Position numbers and translations under genes: made by a program. The notes beneath the pieces were generated by a model that saw only the letters and a program-made list of their open reading frames with translations, was not told where the DNA came from and did not search any database. 32,000 nucleotides of DNA, taken from assembly GCF_054388935.1 (NCBI RefSeq), contig NZ_CM136152.1; one strand, written 5' to 3'. Positions 27,900 to 32,000 of this stretch are shown here, piece by piece (the first letter of the stretch is position 1; each line of letters starts with the position of its first letter).

Positions 27900-29438
27900 T
27901 CACCCAACGCCTTTCGCTGTAAACGGCGGTTTCGCAAACCAAACCAAAACTGTAAGTAAGATAAAAGCAATAGCCGCCATACGGAAAATCTCATTTGCAG
28001 AAATTGAAAGTGACTGCTGAGTTATTTCATTATTAATTTCATTAAGAACCCCTGAAAGCGAACCATAGTATTTATCCATAATTTGTGACGATGAATTAAA
28101 CACGGGGTTAAATTGATCGATGGTTGCTGTCAACTGACTATGGTGTAACGATTCGCGTCGTCCCCACAGCGTCATTGTCAACGACGTACCAACTGATCCT
28201 GACAAGGTACGAAAAAAATTACTCATACTCGAGGCATTGGCAAATTTATTATCTGGCAAACCTGAAAACGAAATCGTTGTTAAGGGTAAAAAGAAACAGG
28301 CGACGGCGAATCCCTGAAAAAACTGTGGCAAAATGATGCCTGTAAAATCAATCGTTGGCATAAATGTCACAGAACGCCAGTAATAGCAAACCGCATACAT
28401 TAAAAAACTAAATGTCACCAACAACCGCATATCAATTTTGTTGCCATAACGTCCTATCAAAGGTGATATTAATAGCGGCATGATGCCGATGGGCGCATAG
28501 GCAAGTCCGGCCCATATCGCATTATACCCCATCGTTTCCTGGAGTAACTGCGGCATAAGGACTATCGCCCCAGAGTAAAATAAATATGCGCATGTGATAC
28601 TCACAATACCAATGGTGAAATTACGGGACTTAAACAAACTGAGATCAAGAATCGGGTTCTCTGAGGTCGACTCCCAAATGACTAAAGAAATCAGAGAAAT
28701 AACTGACATTACTGTTAGTATTATTATTGTACTCGAGTTGAACCAATCCAGATCGCGCCCTTTATCAAGCATTATCTGCAAGCCACCAACACCGAGCACT
28801 AACAGGGTCAGTCCTGGTAGATTCATTTTGACCGGTGAAGTCTCAGTTTCTCTTCCTTTAAGTAAGGTTAAGCATAATGTCAGAACGATAATCCCCATAG
28901 GGACATTGATTAAAAATATCCAACCCCAGCTAAAGTTATCACAAATATAACCGCCCAATATCGGCCCACATATCGGCGCGATAATCACGGTCATAGACCA
29001 TAATGCCAGAGCAAATGTTCTTTTTTCTGGTGGATAATTCCTTAATAATAAACTCTGTGACAGTGGAATTAACGGCCCCGCCATTAATCCCTGAACGACT
29101 CTAAAAAATATCAGCACATCAAGATTGGTCGATAAACTACACATTAAGGAAGACAGCGAAAAAAAAGTGACTGAAAGTAAAAATAATCTTAATTCGCCTA
29201 TTCTTTGTGCCAGCCTGCCGGTAACAGGGATCGCAATGGCATTTGCTACGCCAAACGAAGTGATAACCCAGGTGCCTTCGTCTGTTGATGCTCCCAGAAA
29301 GCCAGATATTGTCGGTATTGCGACGTTAGAAATAGTGGAATCCAACATTTGCATAAACGTCGCTAATGACAATGCAATAGTGACGCACCATAACGTCCCA
29401 CCGGTTAATGGTGCCGGAGTTGATTTAGTGATTGCCAT
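27900..29438 (-). CDS. emrY: EmrY, MFS (DHA2) multidrug efflux transporter
   Basis: 512-aa ORF, translationally adjacent to emrK. Confidence 0.97.
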   Translation of the reverse strand: MAITKSTPAPLTGGTLWCVTIALSLATFMQMLDSTISNVAIPTISGFLGASTDEGTWVITSFGVANAIAIPVTGRLAQRIGELRLFLLSVTFFSLSSLMCSLSTNLDVLIFFRVVQGLMAGPLIPLSQSLLLRNYPPEKRTFALALWSMTVIIAPICGPILGGYICDNFSWGWIFLINVPMGIIVLTLCLTLLKGRETETSPVKMNLPGLTLLVLGVGGLQIMLDKGRDLDWFNSSTIIILTVMSVISLISLVIWESTSENPILDLSLFKSRNFTIGIVSITCAYLFYSGAIVLMPQLLQETMGYNAIWAGLAYAPIGIMPLLISPLIGRYGNKIDMRLLVTFSFLMYAVCYYWRSVTFMPTIDFTGIILPQFFQGFAVACFFLPLTTISFSGLPDNKFANASSMSNFFRTLSGSVGTSLTMTLWGRRESLHHSQLTATIDQFNPVFNSSSQIMDKYYGSLSGVLNEINNEITQQSLSISANEIFRMAAIAFILLTVLVWFAKPPFTAKGVG

Positions 29439-30601
29439 TAAAGTTGTCCATTATGCGAAATAATGTTGCTAATTTCTTTTTCTATCGGACTGGTATCGAT
29501 AACTAAAGCCTTACTGGTATAAGCAGGCATGGACGTCACGGTTGAAGCCAGCTCAGGCATCTCGGCAATGTCTTCGTTCTTCGTATCAATAGTTGCTGTC
29601 ATCGATAAACCAATACGTAAGGGATGTTCCATGAGTTCTTTTGGATCAAGAGAAACTTCAACCGGTACACGCTGAACGATTTTGATCCAGTTCCCTGTCG
29701 CATTTTGTGCAGGTAATAAGGAGAACGCATTGCCGGTTCCCATATTGATCCCTGTCACCCGACCATGAAACACAACATTTTCACCATAAAGATCGCTGAT
29801 AATATTGACCGATTGACCAATCCGTACATCCGTGAGTTGTGTTTCTTTAAAGTTAGCATTAACCCACATTTGACGTGCCGGTACGACAGCCATTAACGAT
29901 TGTCCGGGACTCACTGTTTCGCCGACCTGAACACTTCGCTGGGCAATGTAGCCGGTAACCGGACTCTTAATATCCGTACGTTTAAGCGCCAACCAGGCTT
30001 CTTTGGTTGCATCCGCAGCTTCAACGACTTGTGGCTGACGGTTTAATGGTGTGTTCATTACTAAAGCTTTATTCGCTTTATAAGCCTGAATAGCAGCATT
30101 CAATGCCGCTTTGCTACTTATTAACGTATCTTTGGTATGCTCCAGCGTTTCTTTTGAAATAACCCCCTGCTTCGCTAAAGGTACACGACGGTTATAATCT
30201 TCTAAAGATTGTTGATACTGAATACGTGCTGAAGCGACTTCGGCACTGTATTGTTTATCCTGTAAGTACAGTTTATTCGTTTGCCGAACAATATTTGCCA
30301 GATTATTTTTAGCTTTATTGAGTGCGATAGTGGCATCAGTCTTATCCAGTGAGACTAAAATGTCACCCTGTCGAACGTAGTTCGTATCTTTATGATTAAC
30401 GACAGTGACGCTGCCTGAAACTTGTGCAGAAATTGGATCTGCATTCCCCGTGACATAGGCATCATCTGTACTAATCATGTCTTCTAATTCCATTGACCAA
30501 TAGGCATAGGCACCTGAAAACGCAATAAATAAAACTACCGCCAATAAAGAAAAGTATTTTCTTCTGTTAGAATGTTTTTTATTTGAATTAATCTGTTCCA
30601 C
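29438..30601 (-). CDS. emrK: EmrK, membrane fusion protein
   Basis: 387-aa ORF with HlyD/EmrA-like features. Confidence 0.97.
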   Translation of the reverse strand: MEQINSNKKHSNRRKYFSLLAVVLFIAFSGAYAYWSMELEDMISTDDAYVTGNADPISAQVSGSVTVVNHKDTNYVRQGDILVSLDKTDATIALNKAKNNLANIVRQTNKLYLQDKQYSAEVASARIQYQQSLEDYNRRVPLAKQGVISKETLEHTKDTLISSKAALNAAIQAYKANKALVMNTPLNRQPQVVEAADATKEAWLALKRTDIKSPVTGYIAQRSVQVGETVSPGQSLMAVVPARQMWVNANFKETQLTDVRIGQSVNIISDLYGENVVFHGRVTGINMGTGNAFSLLPAQNATGNWIKIVQRVPVEVSLDPKELMEHPLRIGLSMTATIDTKNEDIAEMPELASTVTSMPAYTSKALVIDTSPIEKEISNIISHNGQL

Positions 30602-30774
30602 TATTATCTCTCATTTCGCATAGATGAAATTTATGAATTGAATGAAAAGAGTATTCATTCTTCATATCAAACACAGTGCATGTGTTGCACATTGTCCCAG
30701 GAACGTTGGAGGCCTAATTTAAATGAGGTGCAAAAAAAACAACAGAGGACTAAACCGTGGCTTTTGCAATACAA

Positions 30775-30793
30775 TTCTTACGCATGTAGGATT
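30775..30793. promoter_or_regulatory. Putative EvgA box in the emrKY/evgAS intergenic region
   Basis: TTCTTACGCATGTAGGATT, close to the EvgA consensus TTCYTACA-TTGTANGAA. Confidence 0.6.
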
Positions 30794-31016
30794 AGTGAGA
30801 AGACTTATAGTGCTAATGTGAAACTATAAATCATCGGTACAATCCCTGATTTTATTGTTGACATTTCATTTATGCCGACTATTTATATGGTATACTTGTC
30901 GAATTATCTTAAAGGAAGCTCTAATTTTCTTATTTTTATTGAGAAAATGAGATGATGCCTTATGTCTGTATTACTACAGGGAGAAGGGAGATGCTTCATT
31001 GCAAAGGGAATAATCT

Positions 31017-31631
31017 ATGAACGCAATAATTATTGATGACCATCCTCTTGCTATCGCAGCAATTCGTAATTTATTGATCAAAAACGATATTGAAATCTTA
31101 GCGGAGTTGACTGAAGGGGGAAGTGCCGTTCAGCGGGTGGAAACACTTAAACCTGATATCGTCATCATTGATGTCGATATCCCCGGAGTTAACGGTATCC
31201 AGGTGTTAGAAACGCTGAGGAAGCGCCAATATAGCGGAATTATTATTATCGTCTCCGCTAAAAATGACCATTTTTACGGGAAACATTGTGCTGATGCTGG
31301 CGCTAATGGATTCGTGAGTAAAAAAGAAGGCATGAACAATATCATTGCGGCTATTGAAGCTGCAAAAAATGGCTACTGCTATTTCCCCTTCTCTCTCAAC
31401 CGGTTTGTTGGAAGTTTAACGTCCGACCAGCAAAAACTCGACTCCTTATCGAAACAAGAAATTAGTGTCATGCGATATATTCTTGATGGCAAGGATAATA
31501 ATGACATTGCGGAAAAAATGTTCATCAGCAACAAAACTGTCAGCACTTATAAAAGTCGCCTGATGGAAAAATTAGAATGTAAATCACTGATGGATCTTTA
31601 CACATTCGCACAACGTAACAAAATCGGCTAA
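31017..31631 (+). CDS. evgA: EvgA response regulator (NarL/FixJ family)
   Basis: 204-aa ORF; receiver domain plus LuxR-type HTH. Confidence 0.98.
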   Translation: MNAIIIDDHPLAIAAIRNLLIKNDIEILAELTEGGSAVQRVETLKPDIVIIDVDIPGVNGIQVLETLRKRQYSGIIIIVSAKNDHFYGKHCADAGANGFVSKKEGMNNIIAAIEAAKNGYCYFPFSLNRFVGSLTSDQQKLDSLSKQEISVMRYILDGKDNNDIAEKMFISNKTVSTYKSRLMEKLECKSLMDLYTFAQRNKIG

Positions 31632-31635
31632 CCAC

Positions 31636-32000
31636 ATGAAGTTTTTACCCTATATTATTCTTCTCTGTTGTGGTCTTTGGTCGACCATAAGTTTCGCAGA
31701 CGAAGATTACATCGAATATCGTGGCATCAGTAGTAACAACCGTGTCACGCTTGATCCACTACGTCTGAGCAACAAGGAATTACGTTGGTTAGCGAGCAAA
31801 AAAAATCTTGTGATTGCAGTACACAAGTCCCAAACGGCTACTTTGTTGCATACCGATTCGCAGCAACGGGTTCGTGGTATTAATGCTGATTATTTAAATC
31901 TTTTAAAAAGAGCGTTAAATATCAAATTAACACTCCGGGAATACGCAGATCATCAAAAAGCAATGGACGCGCTTACAGAAGGGGAAGTCGATATAGTGTT
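31636..32000 (+). CDS. evgS: EvgS sensor kinase, N-terminal part; truncated by the window edge
   Basis: Starts MKFLPYIILLCCGLWSTISFADEDYIEYRG...; open to the window end. Confidence 0.93.
   Translation, partial: MKFLPYIILLCCGLWSTISFADEDYIEYRGISSNNRVTLDPLRLSNKELRWLASKKNLVIAVHKSQTATLLHTDSQQRVRGINADYLNLLKRALNIKLTLREYADHQKAMDALTEGEVDIV

Noticed and set aside
30638-30829. ORF 63 aa between emrK and evgA
   Set aside because: Overlaps the EvgA-box/promoter region, Cys/Gln-rich with no good ribosome-binding site; most likely a chance frame.

Overview
The window (about 32 kb) is Escherichia-type chromosome with two parts. (1) Positions 1 to ~20,659 are the right-hand part of a mosaic lambdoid/P22-like (Sf6/HK620-type) prophage. 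On the minus strand, from right to left, it carries cro-cII-replication-nin-Q-lysis-terminase. On the plus strand it carries cI, a lambda-like nutL/N, cIII, a Rad52-type annealase, ssb, an exonuclease, an accessory block and torI (excisionase). It ends at a 15-nt copy of the tRNA-Arg argW 3' end (attR) at 20645-20659. The integrase and attL should lie off the left edge, or attL/int may be absent. (2) Host flank: the sucrose locus cscB/cscK/cscA/cscR, inserted where dsdC-dsdX normally sits, a dsdX 3' remnant, dsdA, emrY-emrK, evgA and the start of evgS. Most protein-coding content is recognisable, and I do not see a convincing new multi-gene defence or mobile system. The most interesting signals are non-coding: a multibranched tRNA-like fold in the N leader (13973-14103), a long structured leader upstream of rha (3298-3389), an 11-bp iteron array with a phase-keeping gap inside the replication gene (11342-11437), and a promoter inside the 3' end of Q followed at once by an intrinsic terminator. 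There is also a secreted-protein gene directly coupled to cI. Assignments rest on reading the sequence and on remembered family sequences; no searches or folding programs were run.
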